Shown here one piece after another: positions 1 to 9,250 of a stretch of DNA of 49,862 bases. A program made the translations under genes and the position numbers. Under the pieces are notes generated by a model that did not search any database, was not told the DNA's origin, and saw only the letters and a program-made list of their open reading frames with translations. Numbering within the stretch: position 1 is the stretch's first letter; each line of letters starts with the position of its first letter. Source of the stretch: a virus (Duplodnaviria > Caudoviricetes); IMG/VR virus record IMGVR_UViG_3300049982_000334, positions 1 to 49,862 of that record; one strand, 5' to 3'.

Positions 1-843
1 TTACTTGGAGACCTCGTAAGCGGAAGCCCAGGTCGCGGTTTCCACTTGCGGATGAAGACAATGAGAGACTGCGGCCTGCGGCCCATCTTCGGGTCCAAAA
101 TCCGAAAGTCCCAAGGCTTCACAAGAGGTTAGTCTCAGGCGACTACGGGCGACAAGCGTGTCGTGCGGCTGATCCGGGCGTAATCCGGGCGTTTCCCGCA
201 GGGCTTTAGGCCGCATCGCCATGACCGCCGCGTAGATGTCCGACTTGCTTACCGTCAGGCTCTCGATCGTGTTCAGGTGGTTCAGCACCTGGTCGAACGC
301 GGCCCACTGCCCGCCGTCCCGGTCCCGGCCGGAGATCCGCTCGGCAATCTTCCGCAAGGGCTCCTCGCCCCAGGCGGACATGGCGAGATTGACCAGCAGG
401 CAGACGATGCGGACGTTGTCGCGCTCGTAGCCGCGGTGCGCTTCGATGCGGTCGACCGACGGCTGGAAGGGGCCGGTGACGCCGCCGTCGAAGGCGTCGT
501 GGGTGAAGTAGGACCCGCTGATCGGGCAGCGGTAGCCCTGCTCCAGGAGCAGGCGCAGCATGTCAGCCCGGGCGAGGATGTCCGTCGTCGCCGCCTGGCC
601 GCGCCCTTTGCGCAAGTTGCGGCTGGACTTCACATTCGACGCCAGGCGGTCCGCCACCCGCAGCCACCCCTGCCCAATCGGCGACAGCGTCCGCGATGAA
701 ACGTAGGAGGCGAGATCCAGCGCGGCGAGGTCCCGGTCGACGTGCCCGGTCTCGACGATAGTCGCCTGCTTTCCAGTACGCCGGAGGATGACCCACAGGC
801 CGGTCTCCCTTTGGACAAGCTCAAATACGGGGTTGGTGGCCAC
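1..843 (-). CDS. HNH-like endonuclease domain protein
   Basis: Motif CPISG...SVDRIEAHRGYERDNVRIVCLLVN matches the phage HNH-type D-R-I-x4-G-Y-x3-N-V-x3-C-x3-N pattern; the last ~65 codons look like run-on into the prophage boundary. Confidence 0.6.
   Translation of the reverse strand: MATNPVFELVQRETGLWVILRRTGKQATIVETGHVDRDLAALDLASYVSSRTLSPIGQGWLRVADRLASNVKSSRNLRKGRGQAATTDILARADMLRLLLEQGYRCPISGSYFTHDAFDGGVTGPFQPSVDRIEAHRGYERDNVRIVCLLVNLAMSAWGEEPLRKIAERISGRDRDGGQWAAFDQVLNHLNTIESLTVSKSDIYAAVMAMRPKALRETPGLRPDQPHDTLVARSRLRLTSCEALGLSDFGPEDGPQAAVSHCLHPQVETATWASAYEVSK
172..192. repeat. Tandem 10-bp direct repeat ATCCGGGCGT x2 (possible integrase arm-type site)
   Basis: Copies at 172-181 and 183-192 (11-bp period), near the left prophage end. 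Confidence 0.35.
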
Positions 844-985
844 GAGGCTCGGTAGCTTTGGCGCGCGAGGGCAGACGTATCTCCTGGTGCTTTTCCCATT
901 CGCGCCACTGGGCGGGGGCGATCACCAGGGCCTGTCGGTACTTCGACGCGTAATAGGCTTCAGCGTCCCAATCCGCAGCGGTCAT
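821..985 (-). CDS. Small hypothetical protein (54 aa, MTAADWDAEAYY...)
   Basis: ATG at 985 just after the o-spanin stop; fills the gap to the HNH-like gene. Confidence 0.45.
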   Translation of the reverse strand: MTAADWDAEAYYASKYRQALVIAPAQWREWEKHQEIRLPSRAKATEPRGHQPRI

Positions 986-993
986 GGGCGTGA

Positions 994-1290
994 TCACTGG
1001 CCGGCGCAGCCCGAGAGGGCTGCCTCCAGCTCGAGCTCGCGGGCTTTCCGCAGTTCTCGCTCCGACAGCAGCGCCTGCATCTGCCCGAAGATGTCGATGG
1101 CGATCGCCGGCTGCTCCGTCGGGTAGGACGGCTTGCCGTCGATCTTCACCGGGCAGGGTTGGTAGATCGGCACTTCGACGCGCTGGTAGACGATGCGCTC
1201 CTTGGGGGCCGAGCTGCACGCGGATAGGCCCACGATCACCAGGCACACGCACAGGCTCCACAGAAGCCCGATGGCAATAGTGGTCCTCAA
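994..1290 (-). CDS. Outer-membrane spanin lipoprotein (Rz1/o-spanin-like), 98 aa
   Basis: TTG start overlapping the i-spanin stop (TTGA) with GGAGG upstream; hydrophobic signal peptide ending in lipobox LSAC; Pro-rich mature region. Confidence 0.8.
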   Translation of the reverse strand: MRTTIAIGLLWSLCVCLVIVGLSACSSAPKERIVYQRVEVPIYQPCPVKIDGKPSYPTEQPAIAIDIFGQMQALLSERELRKARELELEAALSGCAGQ

Positions 1291-1712
1291 CGGCGTTCCT
1301 CCGACAGGGTGCGGACGTAGAGATCGGACGCCGCGGCGCAGCGGTCTGGTCCTGCGGTCTCGGCGGCGATGCGCGCGGCGCGGCTGCGGAAGCTGGCCGC
1401 TTGCTGCCGGGCCGCCGCGGCGCGCTGATCCGCCAGGGCCTGGGCGGCTTCCGCCTTCTGGCGCCACGTCTGAATCTGGGTGTTCCGCCCGGTGATCTCG
1501 GCGCGGCCCTGGTCCCGTTCGGACTGGCATTGGCCCAGCTCCGTCGACTTGGCGATCATCACCTTGAAGTTCGCATCGGCGCGTGCCCGCTCGACCTTGA
1601 CGCTCGCCATCTCGCCGAGCAGTAGCGAGCCGACGAGACCGATCACGATGACGCAGCCGGCGCAGACCGACCACAGGAACGGCCGGTTGTAGAGCAGGGA
1701 GAGGGGGTTCAT
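1287..1712 (-). CDS. Inner-membrane spanin (Rz/i-spanin-like), 141 aa
   Basis: N-terminal TM (FLWSVCAGCVIVIGLVGSLLLG), long coiled coil, C-terminal Cys; lies between endolysin and o-spanin. Confidence 0.8.
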   Translation of the reverse strand: MNPLSLLYNRPFLWSVCAGCVIVIGLVGSLLLGEMASVKVERARADANFKVMIAKSTELGQCQSERDQGRAEITGRNTQIQTWRQKAEAAQALADQRAAAARQQAASFRSRAARIAAETAGPDRCAAASDLYVRTLSEERR

Positions 1713-1840
1713 TTCGACACCACGGAGGCGCGCAGCACCAGCCAGGCCGCCAGGATCGAGGAGGCGACGCCACCCACGAACCCCAGCAGCACGGCGAGGG
1801 CGAACAGCACGAAGAGGTAGGGGATGGAGACGGCGATCAT
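1709..1840 (-). CDS. 43-aa hydrophobic membrane peptide in the lysis cassette (holin/pinholin/antiholin candidate)
   Basis: MIAVSIPYLFVLFALAVLLGFVGGVASSILAAWLVLRASVVSK; ATGA overlaps at both ends; not in the supplied ORF track. Confidence 0.65.
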   Translation of the reverse strand: MIAVSIPYLFVLFALAVLLGFVGGVASSILAAWLVLRASVVSK

Positions 1841-2319
1841 GCGATGCCTCGCTCGCACTGGGCGCGCTCACGCGCACGGCGGGACACCAACCCGGGCAGC
1901 TTGCGGCCCTTGGCGTAGACCCATTTGTCGAACTGGGCGCAGGCGCCCCGGACGTCGCCGGCGTTCAGCCTCCGCGCCATGGTCGACGTGCAGAAGGCGG
2001 TGGACCCGACGTTGAAGGAGAAGCTGATGAAGGCCGACCGGGTGACATCGCTAATCGGCACCTTGATGCAGGGGCGGATGCGCTTGTCGAAACGGTCGGC
2101 GTCGGCGGCCGCCAAAGTCAGACAGCGGTCGATCGTGCTGACCCTTCCCACGACCGCGCCTTCGGTGTGTCCGGCGCATTCGGTCGGGATCCCCACGGCG
2201 TCGCGGTAGCCGACGGCCGGCATGGCCTCCTCGCGGATTATCCCGGGCAGGGCCAGGATAGCCGCAGCACTCAGGCCGGCGGCCGCCAGGCCAATCTGCT
2301 TGGCGGTCGGCCGGTACAT
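1837..2319 (-). CDS. GH24 phage lysozyme, SAR-type endolysin (160 aa)
   Basis: Catalytic E-x8-D-x5-T (E-AMPAVGYR-D-AVGIP-T), FSFNVG, ACAQFDKWVYAKGRKLPGLVSRRARE; weakly hydrophobic Ala/Gly-rich N-terminal segment. Confidence 0.92.
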   Translation of the reverse strand: MYRPTAKQIGLAAAGLSAAAILALPGIIREEAMPAVGYRDAVGIPTECAGHTEGAVVGRVSTIDRCLTLAAADADRFDKRIRPCIKVPISDVTRSAFISFSFNVGSTAFCTSTMARRLNAGDVRGACAQFDKWVYAKGRKLPGLVSRRARERAQCERGIA

Positions 2320-2459
2320 CAGCCGCGGGCCGCCGCGTATCGGCGGCGCTGCTCCGCATATGCCGCGTTCCACTGCAGGGCGACGGCCGGCGGCACCGGC
2401 GCGGGAGTCGGCATGGGCCGGTTGCAGGTCTTGCACGTCTTCGAGCAGGGGGCGCTCAC
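2319..2459 (-). CDS. 46-aa hypothetical with CxxxCxxC motif
   Basis: MSAPCSKTCKTCNRPMP...; GTGA and TGATG overlaps with both neighbours. Confidence 0.55.
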   Translation of the reverse strand: MSAPCSKTCKTCNRPMPTPAPVPPAVALQWNAAYAEQRRRYAAARG

Positions 2460-2893
2460 GACTGCGCCTCGCGCCGGGCGATCTCGCGGTCGAGATACCA
2501 GCGGGCCTTTTTCAGGTCTTCGATGGCGTCGTGCTTCAGGTCAGCGCGCCAGACGTACTTCACCGCGTTGCCGAGGTTGAAGCCCATGTGCTCCGTGATC
2601 TGGATGCATTCCACCCCTGAGGGGTGGGCGGTGTAGTGGGGCGGGTGGTTGACGACATCGAGGTCGGACAGTCCCGAGAGTTCGACATCTAGGTAACCGT
2701 CGTCCGCTGGACACACCCGATAGGCGACGATGTCGCCGCCCATGTTGTCGCACCGCCAGAAGGTGCCGGATGCGTAGGTGTCGCGTTCCGCCTTCAAGTG
2801 GAGGTATCCGCACCCATCGCGGTGACGAACATCAACGACAGTTCCTTCGGGCACCGGGCATTTGCCGCCGGCCCACTCGATCCAGTCGGACAT
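2456..2893 (-). CDS. DUF3310 (SaV-like) domain protein
   Basis: DVVNHPPHY...ECI...GFNLGNAVKYVWRA..K...EDLKKARWYLDREI; extra N-terminal WIEWAGGKCPV phage domain. Confidence 0.85.
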   Translation of the reverse strand: MSDWIEWAGGKCPVPEGTVVDVRHRDGCGYLHLKAERDTYASGTFWRCDNMGGDIVAYRVCPADDGYLDVELSGLSDLDVVNHPPHYTAHPSGVECIQITEHMGFNLGNAVKYVWRADLKHDAIEDLKKARWYLDREIARREAQS

Positions 2894-2895
2894 AG

Positions 2896-5800
2896 CTAGT
2901 TCTCCCCGCTCTCCAATTCGGGGGGAGTGTAGTCCAAATCACCGACATCTGTCGATAGTTCGTCGGAAGAAGGCGACCTCTCGGCGACACTTTCGCCACC
3001 AGGCTTCACGTCGCGCTCGCCCACGACCTTGTCCGCGAACCCTTTGGACGCTCCCGGCGAGGTGGCCTTGATCAGCCCGGCGCCATAGCCGACGCGCAGC
3101 ACCGGGCCGCCCGGGGCGTAGGAAGCGGCCGCCGCGATCATCGGCGCAGCGATCATCTCGTAGGACGCCTTGGCCGCCTGCCACTCGGCGTTGTTGGTGT
3201 TGGGCGTGTTCGGCCCGCCCAACTCCTTCGGGATCAAGCCCACGGTCACCTTGCTGAGCGAGTCCAGGTAGGCGGTCAGATAGGGCCCGGTCAGGGACGA
3301 CGTTAGGTCGCGGTTGTACCGGGCAGACATGGCGATGTTGATGAAGGGATCGACATTGCCGAAGGCGCCGGCTCGGGACAGGTTCTGCACGATCTTCTGG
3401 GTGTCCGACTTCTCGTCGCTCGCCCCCGGGTTCAGCAGCATCTCGCGGAATTCCGAGACCTGGCTCTGCGCGGCGGTCAGCACGCCCAGCATCAGGGCCG
3501 GCGTCAGCAGGCGCGCGCGGTCCTCGAGCGTGTAACCCTTGCCCATCAGCCCCTCGCCCGCCTCCCGGCCCGTGCGGATCAGCACGTTGCGGGTGAAGGA
3601 GAACATGAACGCGGTGATCCCGTAGGCCAGCTTGCCGTAGGGATGGTTCGCCCACTGCGGCCGATCGGCGGCCGTCGGGTTCTGGATGCTCTCGTCGACG
3701 AAACGCTGGAGCGCCGTGCGGTACTGCACGGCTTCTTTCTTTTCGCCCAACAGCTCGGCGAAGGGGATGCGGCCCTCGTCGCTGGACAGCCATTTCGACA
3801 GCGCCGGCACGTCGCTTCCCGGGATGCCGAGCTCGGCCAGCCAACGGGAGGCCGACTTCTGGCGCCCGTTCCCCACGATCACGTCCTGCATCATGGTGCG
3901 CAGGGCGCTCTGGCCGACCCGGGCAGCGGCAAGCCGCTGGGCCTGGGTGATCTGGTGCAACTGGGTGGTCTTGAAGAACCGGCTGAGCAGCTTCTGTTGC
4001 AGCTGGCCGCCGACCTCGCCGCCGAAGTTGGCCGCGATGACCAGGTCGTTCATGGCGTCGCCGACGATGCCCAGCATCTCGGCCGTGGCCTTCATGTCGT
4101 CGGGCGCGCGCATGCCGAAGACCTCGGCGTAGGAATCGCCCAGTGCCTTGAACCCGGCGCCGACGTCGTGGGCGCGGATGCCGACAGCCAGCGCCTCTGC
4201 AGCCGACGAGATCACCGCCCGGGGCAGCAGGCGCAGCACGCCGGCCGTCTGGATCCAGGACAGCGCCGAAGCGCCGGCGTCGGGCCGCGTGCGGTACAGC
4301 AGCCCGGCCGCGCTTTCGAAGTGGTGGCGGACGTTCTCGACTTGGCGAGGGTCCATGCCCTTCTTGAGCATCGAGTTGAACAGCTCGTCGACCTTCTCGC
4401 CGTTCTTCCCGAACCGGCGAGCGAACTCCGCGGCCTGGCTGGTCTGACGGAAATAGGCGGCCAGGTTGGCGCGCGGGTCGCGGCTGTAGAAGTCCTTCAG
4501 GATCTCGTCAGCTTCCGGGGGCAGGGTGCGGCCCTTGGTGGCCTTCGACGACGGCAGCCCGGACGCATACGCCCCGTTCTGCACGCCCAGGATCCGGCCG
4601 TACCACTCCTCTGCCGCCTGCGTCGCCTCCTCCGGGCTCATGTCCATCTTGGCGTAGACTTCGGCGGCCTTGGCCTTGAAGCCCGGCGCGTCCTTCAGGA
4701 CGGCTTCCTCGTCGACGATCCGAGGATAATATCGTCCTCGGATGTAGCCGACGTCCACGCCGGCGGCGGTCAGGTACTCGTGCTGTTCGTCGAGCAGCTT
4801 GCGCAGCCGCCGCGCGGTCTCTTCCTCGCCGCTGCCGCCCACGGGCTTCAGGCGCCCAGCGAGCGCGTCGGCCACCCGGGTCTCGAACTCAGGTTTCACC
4901 TTCTCGCCCAGCACGTTGGCGGTGCGGTTGGCCATGCCCATCGAGCGCATCTGCACGGCGCGCTCATAGGTCTGTTCGACCACGCGGCCGCGGCCCGGGT
5001 CGGTGCCGATCATGTCGGCGATCTTCTGGACCTCGGGGATGTCCTTGTGCTTGGCGGCGACGGCGCGGATGGCGGCGGTGTTGGTCCACCACACCTTGCG
5101 GCCGGTGCGGGCGACGGCGTCCAGCGCCTTCTTCGGGTCGACGTTCTCGCGCAGCCCCTTGAAGTCGCGCGCCACCTGGGCGGCGTCCTCCTTGAAGCCG
5201 TCAATTTCCTTCTTGATGACCTTCACCGCCGGATCGACCAGCAGGTTCTTGACGTCGTCGGGATCGACGCCGGACATCAGCTTGGTGGGGCCCGGGGTTG
5301 TGGTCTTGGTCGCGAAGTTCTTGAGGTACAGGGCCTCGATGTCGGCGTCGGTCAGGTCGTCGGTGGCCTTGGATTCAACCGCCTTTAGGTCTATGTTGTC
5401 CCTCGGGGTCGTGTTCCCGGCCTGGAAACCGCCGCTATCGGTGCGGATTGGTACGCCGGCCGGGGGCACGGCCTCATCTTCCAAACCATGATTGTAGTAA
5501 ACGTGCCCGTTGTTATCCTCGCGGACGTTCAGCACCACCTTGTGCGGCTGGTTGCCCAGGGTGATGTCCGCCTCGAGGAAGTGGTACGCCTTCACGTTCG
5601 CGCCGGCCTCGCCGGGCTCCGGCGCACGACTGCCCAGCAGCCGGCCCTCTTCGACCATCTGCGGCAGGGCGGAGAACAACCGCAGCTTCTCGGGTTTCGC
5701 CGAGGTGCTGATGCTCTTGCGCGGGTTCAGGAACTTCACATCCTTGCCCAGCGCCTGGCTATGCACCGTGCGGCCCCGCAGGTTCCGTTCGAAGTAGTCC

Positions 5801-7173
5801 TTGGCGCTGGCGCGCACCGTCTTCAGATCGGCGTCAGGCGGCGCGACTTCATCGCCGCGGACAAGGATCGGCGTCCTCGGAGCCGGTGGCGTGTCGTCAA
5901 TAGGCGGGGCATCGTCTCGACTATGGGCGACAATTGGCGTAGCCTGAACCTGCCCGTCACCCGGGACAACATCCCCGACCGCGGGCGTCACGTCCCGGCC
6001 TGCGGCGGATGTGGGACTCGGCGGGCTCGGCCCCACGTCGGCCAGTTGGCCTTGGCCCGCCACGGCGGGTGACGAGACCTCTGGGGCCGCTACATCCACC
6101 GGCGGATCGGCCGCCATTTCCGGGCCCTCGGTCGCAGAAGCGACCGGGGGTTCCGCGACCCCGGCGGGCGGCGTCTTGAACGCCTGGCCGACGCCGGCCT
6201 CCGGCTTACCTTCGATCCACGCCTGCACGACGGGCTGCGGCATGGCCGCGATCTCCGGCGGAGGCGCGTTGGGGTCGACTGTCCCGACGGGCAGGGGTGG
6301 GGCTTCAGCGACGATCGGGGCGACCGGCGGCATAACTGGCGGAACTTGTTCCGCTATCGGTATTCCGATATCGGCCGGCGGCGGGGCCGCTTCTTCCGGC
6401 AGCGCGGCTTGAACGGGCGGCAGGCTCTCCACCGGGCCCAGGGCCGGATCCACCACGGGCGTCTGGGCCGCGGGGGCGCCGCCAGGCAGCGCCTTGGGGA
6501 GATACTTCATCGCCAGCTCAAGCATACCGCCCAGGGCGCCGCCCTCGACCATGTCCTTGATCGCCGCTTCGCCGACGCTATCGTCCGTCTGGCGGGCAGT
6601 GGGCAGGGTGGGGCCGCCGAACGCGGCGACGATCGACGACAGGTTCTGGTCCTGGCCGGCGGAGAGCGCGGCGTCGACCGGCGCCCCTGCGGCGATCCCG
6701 GTACGCAACGCGCCGGCGGCCTGGACGGCCTTCGGTGCAAAGGTGGCGAACGCCTTGGACATGCCGCCGGCGCCGGCCAGGTAGGGCGCGGCGTCCCGGG
6801 TGAATTGCGACACCGCGCCGACCGGCTCGGCGACCGCCGCGCCAACGTCCTGGTCGCGCTCGAACCGCAGGTCGGACCCCACGGCGCGCAGGGTGGCGTC
6901 GATCGGGGCGTTGACGAACTTGCGCGCGCTGTCGAGCGCGTCAGCGCCCGCGCCCGCGTAGGTCCGGTACATCTGGTCGGCGACCTGGGCCAGCAGTCCG
7001 CCGATGCCGCCAGTCTCGGCCCCGGCCAGCGGCTTGGCGGGTTGGGGACCAGTTCTGGTGGAGACCGCGGCGACTTTCGACGGCGCGGGGGTGACGGGCT
7101 CGAACGGCTTGGTAGGATCAAAGCCGCCCGATGCGCCCTCCGTCTCGAAGGGTTTGCTCGGGTCGAAGGCCAT
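2896..7173 (-). CDS. Large internal virion/ejection protein (1425 aa) with an LPD3/BECR-like internal domain
   Basis: Last and largest gene of the internal virion block; N-terminal FDP(S/T)KPFE repeat, Pro/Ala linker, segment AYHFLEADITLG...VVLNVREDNNGHVYYNH, helical C-terminal half. Confidence 0.75.
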   Translation of the reverse strand: MAFDPSKPFETEGASGGFDPTKPFEPVTPAPSKVAAVSTRTGPQPAKPLAGAETGGIGGLLAQVADQMYRTYAGAGADALDSARKFVNAPIDATLRAVGSDLRFERDQDVGAAVAEPVGAVSQFTRDAAPYLAGAGGMSKAFATFAPKAVQAAGALRTGIAAGAPVDAALSAGQDQNLSSIVAAFGGPTLPTARQTDDSVGEAAIKDMVEGGALGGMLELAMKYLPKALPGGAPAAQTPVVDPALGPVESLPPVQAALPEEAAPPPADIGIPIAEQVPPVMPPVAPIVAEAPPLPVGTVDPNAPPPEIAAMPQPVVQAWIEGKPEAGVGQAFKTPPAGVAEPPVASATEGPEMAADPPVDVAAPEVSSPAVAGQGQLADVGPSPPSPTSAAGRDVTPAVGDVVPGDGQVQATPIVAHSRDDAPPIDDTPPAPRTPILVRGDEVAPPDADLKTVRASAKDYFERNLRGRTVHSQALGKDVKFLNPRKSISTSAKPEKLRLFSALPQMVEEGRLLGSRAPEPGEAGANVKAYHFLEADITLGNQPHKVVLNVREDNNGHVYYNHGLEDEAVPPAGVPIRTDSGGFQAGNTTPRDNIDLKAVESKATDDLTDADIEALYLKNFATKTTTPGPTKLMSGVDPDDVKNLLVDPAVKVIKKEIDGFKEDAAQVARDFKGLRENVDPKKALDAVARTGRKVWWTNTAAIRAVAAKHKDIPEVQKIADMIGTDPGRGRVVEQTYERAVQMRSMGMANRTANVLGEKVKPEFETRVADALAGRLKPVGGSGEEETARRLRKLLDEQHEYLTAAGVDVGYIRGRYYPRIVDEEAVLKDAPGFKAKAAEVYAKMDMSPEEATQAAEEWYGRILGVQNGAYASGLPSSKATKGRTLPPEADEILKDFYSRDPRANLAAYFRQTSQAAEFARRFGKNGEKVDELFNSMLKKGMDPRQVENVRHHFESAAGLLYRTRPDAGASALSWIQTAGVLRLLPRAVISSAAEALAVGIRAHDVGAGFKALGDSYAEVFGMRAPDDMKATAEMLGIVGDAMNDLVIAANFGGEVGGQLQQKLLSRFFKTTQLHQITQAQRLAAARVGQSALRTMMQDVIVGNGRQKSASRWLAELGIPGSDVPALSKWLSSDEGRIPFAELLGEKKEAVQYRTALQRFVDESIQNPTAADRPQWANHPYGKLAYGITAFMFSFTRNVLIRTGREAGEGLMGKGYTLEDRARLLTPALMLGVLTAAQSQVSEFREMLLNPGASDEKSDTQKIVQNLSRAGAFGNVDPFINIAMSARYNRDLTSSLTGPYLTAYLDSLSKVTVGLIPKELGGPNTPNTNNAEWQAAKASYEMIAAPMIAAAASYAPGGPVLRVGYGAGLIKATSPGASKGFADKVVGERDVKPGGESVAERSPSSDELSTDVGDLDYTPPELESGEN

Positions 7174-8148
7174 CTAGGAGACCGGGACCATCTGGTCGCC
7201 TCGGCGGCGGTAGCTTTTGCCGCCCTGGGTGACGACCTGGCCGTCGGCGATGCCGGGGAACGGATCTTTGCCGCCGCCGGCCGCCGCCGGCCGCCGCGGC
7301 GCCGGGCCGGAGCGCTGGTCGACGCGCTTGGTGACCGCGCCCTTGCCGTTGCGCTCGACGCGCGAGACGACCTTGGCGGCGCCCTGGTTGTCGCGCTCGT
7401 TGTTGAAGACGCTGGAATAGACGTCGGTGATCCGGTTGCGGCGGCCGCTCTCGAAATCCAGGTCCTGGCCGCGCATGCTGGCGCCGACGGTGCTGGAGTT
7501 GTTCGCACGCGAGGTGGCGTTGTCGGCGGCGTTGTTGGCGCGCGACGTCGAAGCCTGGGTGTCGAACCCGTACTTCTTCAACGCGAGATCGCCCTTCTGG
7601 ACCTCGAGCTCCTGGCGCTGCTCGTCGTCGATCAGAGCCTCTTGCCGGGCGAGGGAAGGACTCTCTCCCTTCCCCAGATAGTCGCCGTCCATGATCGAAT
7701 TGACGCGCACGCCCATCTGGTCGGAGGCGTCCCCGCCCAGCGAAAGCGCGAACGCCTTGAGCAGGGGGGTGATCTGCTTGGGGTCTGCGCCCGCGGCGAT
7801 GGCCCGCTGATAGGCGCCGGCGATCGCTTCCTGGGTCATGTCGACCGGGGTCTCGGGCTGGCGGAACCCGCGCACGATGGCGCTGTCGCGGCCGAAGTCG
7901 GCCGTCGCCCGGTCGCCGGCGGCGGTGCGCTGGGTCTTGGCGCGCTCGGCCTCGGTCTGCGCCTTGTAGTAGGCGGCCTGCTGGGCCCGCGGATCGTTCT
8001 CGGGATTGTAGAACGCCCGGCCGATCAGGCTGCCGAACGCGTCGCCACCGCCGGACGCGAGCGCCTGCAGCAGTGAGGCTTGCGGGGGCGGGGCGTGGAC
8101 GACGCCGCCGGACGCGACCGAGCCGCGATAGTAGGGGACTTGCGGCAT
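7174..8148 (-). CDS. Internal virion (ejection) protein, 324 aa
   Basis: Position in the ejection-protein block; Ala/Gln-rich helical; internal TSRANN repeat. Confidence 0.6.
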   Translation of the reverse strand: MPQVPYYRGSVASGGVVHAPPPQASLLQALASGGGDAFGSLIGRAFYNPENDPRAQQAAYYKAQTEAERAKTQRTAAGDRATADFGRDSAIVRGFRQPETPVDMTQEAIAGAYQRAIAAGADPKQITPLLKAFALSLGGDASDQMGVRVNSIMDGDYLGKGESPSLARQEALIDDEQRQELEVQKGDLALKKYGFDTQASTSRANNAADNATSRANNSSTVGASMRGQDLDFESGRRNRITDVYSSVFNNERDNQGAAKVVSRVERNGKGAVTKRVDQRSGPAPRRPAAAGGGKDPFPGIADGQVVTQGGKSYRRRGDQMVPVS

Positions 8149-8149
8149 G

Positions 8150-9247
8150 CTAACCTCCTGCTCCCGCGGTCATGGCCTGCGCCGCGGCCTTTTCGGCGGA
8201 CTTCAGAATCGCCGACAGCGGGTTGTAGGCCGTGGTGTTCGCCATCTTGTAGTTGCCCAGGCCGAGGATCTTGTTGGCGTAGTTGGTCGACGAGCCCATC
8301 AGCCGGTCGACATAGGTCCCCTCGGAACCAAACTGCTTGCCGAAGTAGTCCTCCAGCGCCGAGCCGTAGTTGTCGGCGTAGGCGCCGCGCGCGTTGGCGC
8401 TGTTCTCGCGGTACTGGCCCCTCGCGTCCGACCGACGGGCAGCGTCGCCGGAGATCATGTCGCTCTCGGAGGCGTAGCGATCGCGCGCCTGGCTCTTGTC
8501 GAGCGCCGACACCCCGAGCTCATAGGGCAGGGCGGAGCGGCTGATCGCGGCCTTGCTGGTCAGCTGGCCGATCTGGCCGGCGAAGTCCCCCAGCTTGCGC
8601 TCGCTGTCGACAAACGCGTCGCTGTAGGAGGAAACCCGGGCCGCGGAGTCGGCGTCGGTCAGGGCTTCGCCATAGCCGCGCTGCTGCTGCTTCTCGAACT
8701 CCCGGCGCACCAGGTCGTCGCCGCCGGCCGCGAAGCCGGGCGCCTCGGCCGCGGTCATGCTGGCGCGCGCGAACCCGGAGCGCTTCGCAAGCGCGTCACC
8801 GAATGCTTCCGCCTGGGCAGAGAACCCGATGTCCTCGGGCAGGGCGCCTGCCAGCGCGTCGGCCTGGCTCTGGATGGCGAGCTGACGGTTCTTCTCCGCC
8901 TCGGACGCGGCGGCCGCTTCCAGGCGCGACTTGCGCTGTGAGGTCATGAGACCCCCCAGCGCCGTCATCTGGTCATCGAGCGCCTTGCCGGCGACGGTCT
9001 GCTGCTCGTCGAAGCCCGCCTGGTTGTTGCCCAGCATCCAGTCGAAGGTGCTGTCCTCGAGGCCGGACATGTCCGTGTACTGGCGGTTGGCGAGATCGTC
9101 GAGCCGCAGATCGGACGCGTTGACGCCGGTCATGCGGCTGTCGAACTCGACGGCATCCTTGCGTGCGGTCTCGGCGGCGATCTTGGCCTGTTTCTTCTTC
9201 GCCTTCTTGGCGGCGCCGAAGTCCAGGGCGTCGGTGAGCATGCTCAT
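8150..9247 (-). CDS. Internal virion (ejection) protein, 365 aa
   Basis: Ala-rich helical protein in the ejection-protein block. Confidence 0.6.
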   Translation of the reverse strand: MSMLTDALDFGAAKKAKKKQAKIAAETARKDAVEFDSRMTGVNASDLRLDDLANRQYTDMSGLEDSTFDWMLGNNQAGFDEQQTVAGKALDDQMTALGGLMTSQRKSRLEAAAASEAEKNRQLAIQSQADALAGALPEDIGFSAQAEAFGDALAKRSGFARASMTAAEAPGFAAGGDDLVRREFEKQQQRGYGEALTDADSAARVSSYSDAFVDSERKLGDFAGQIGQLTSKAAISRSALPYELGVSALDKSQARDRYASESDMISGDAARRSDARGQYRENSANARGAYADNYGSALEDYFGKQFGSEGTYVDRLMGSSTNYANKILGLGNYKMANTTAYNPLSAILKSAEKAAAQAMTAGAGG

Positions 9248-9250
9248 GGC

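Noticed and set aside
140-154. 15-bp exact match CGACTACGGGCGACA with 42428-42442 as a possible att core
   Set aside because: The second copy is inside the replication module, and a few 15-mer repeats are expected by chance in 50 kb of GC-rich DNA.
3643-8076. Long plus-strand ORFs (581 and 576 aa) and similar ones at 10294, 17259, 23081, 24729 and 36941
   Set aside because: Antisense shadows of GC-rich minus-strand genes; no recognisable motifs.
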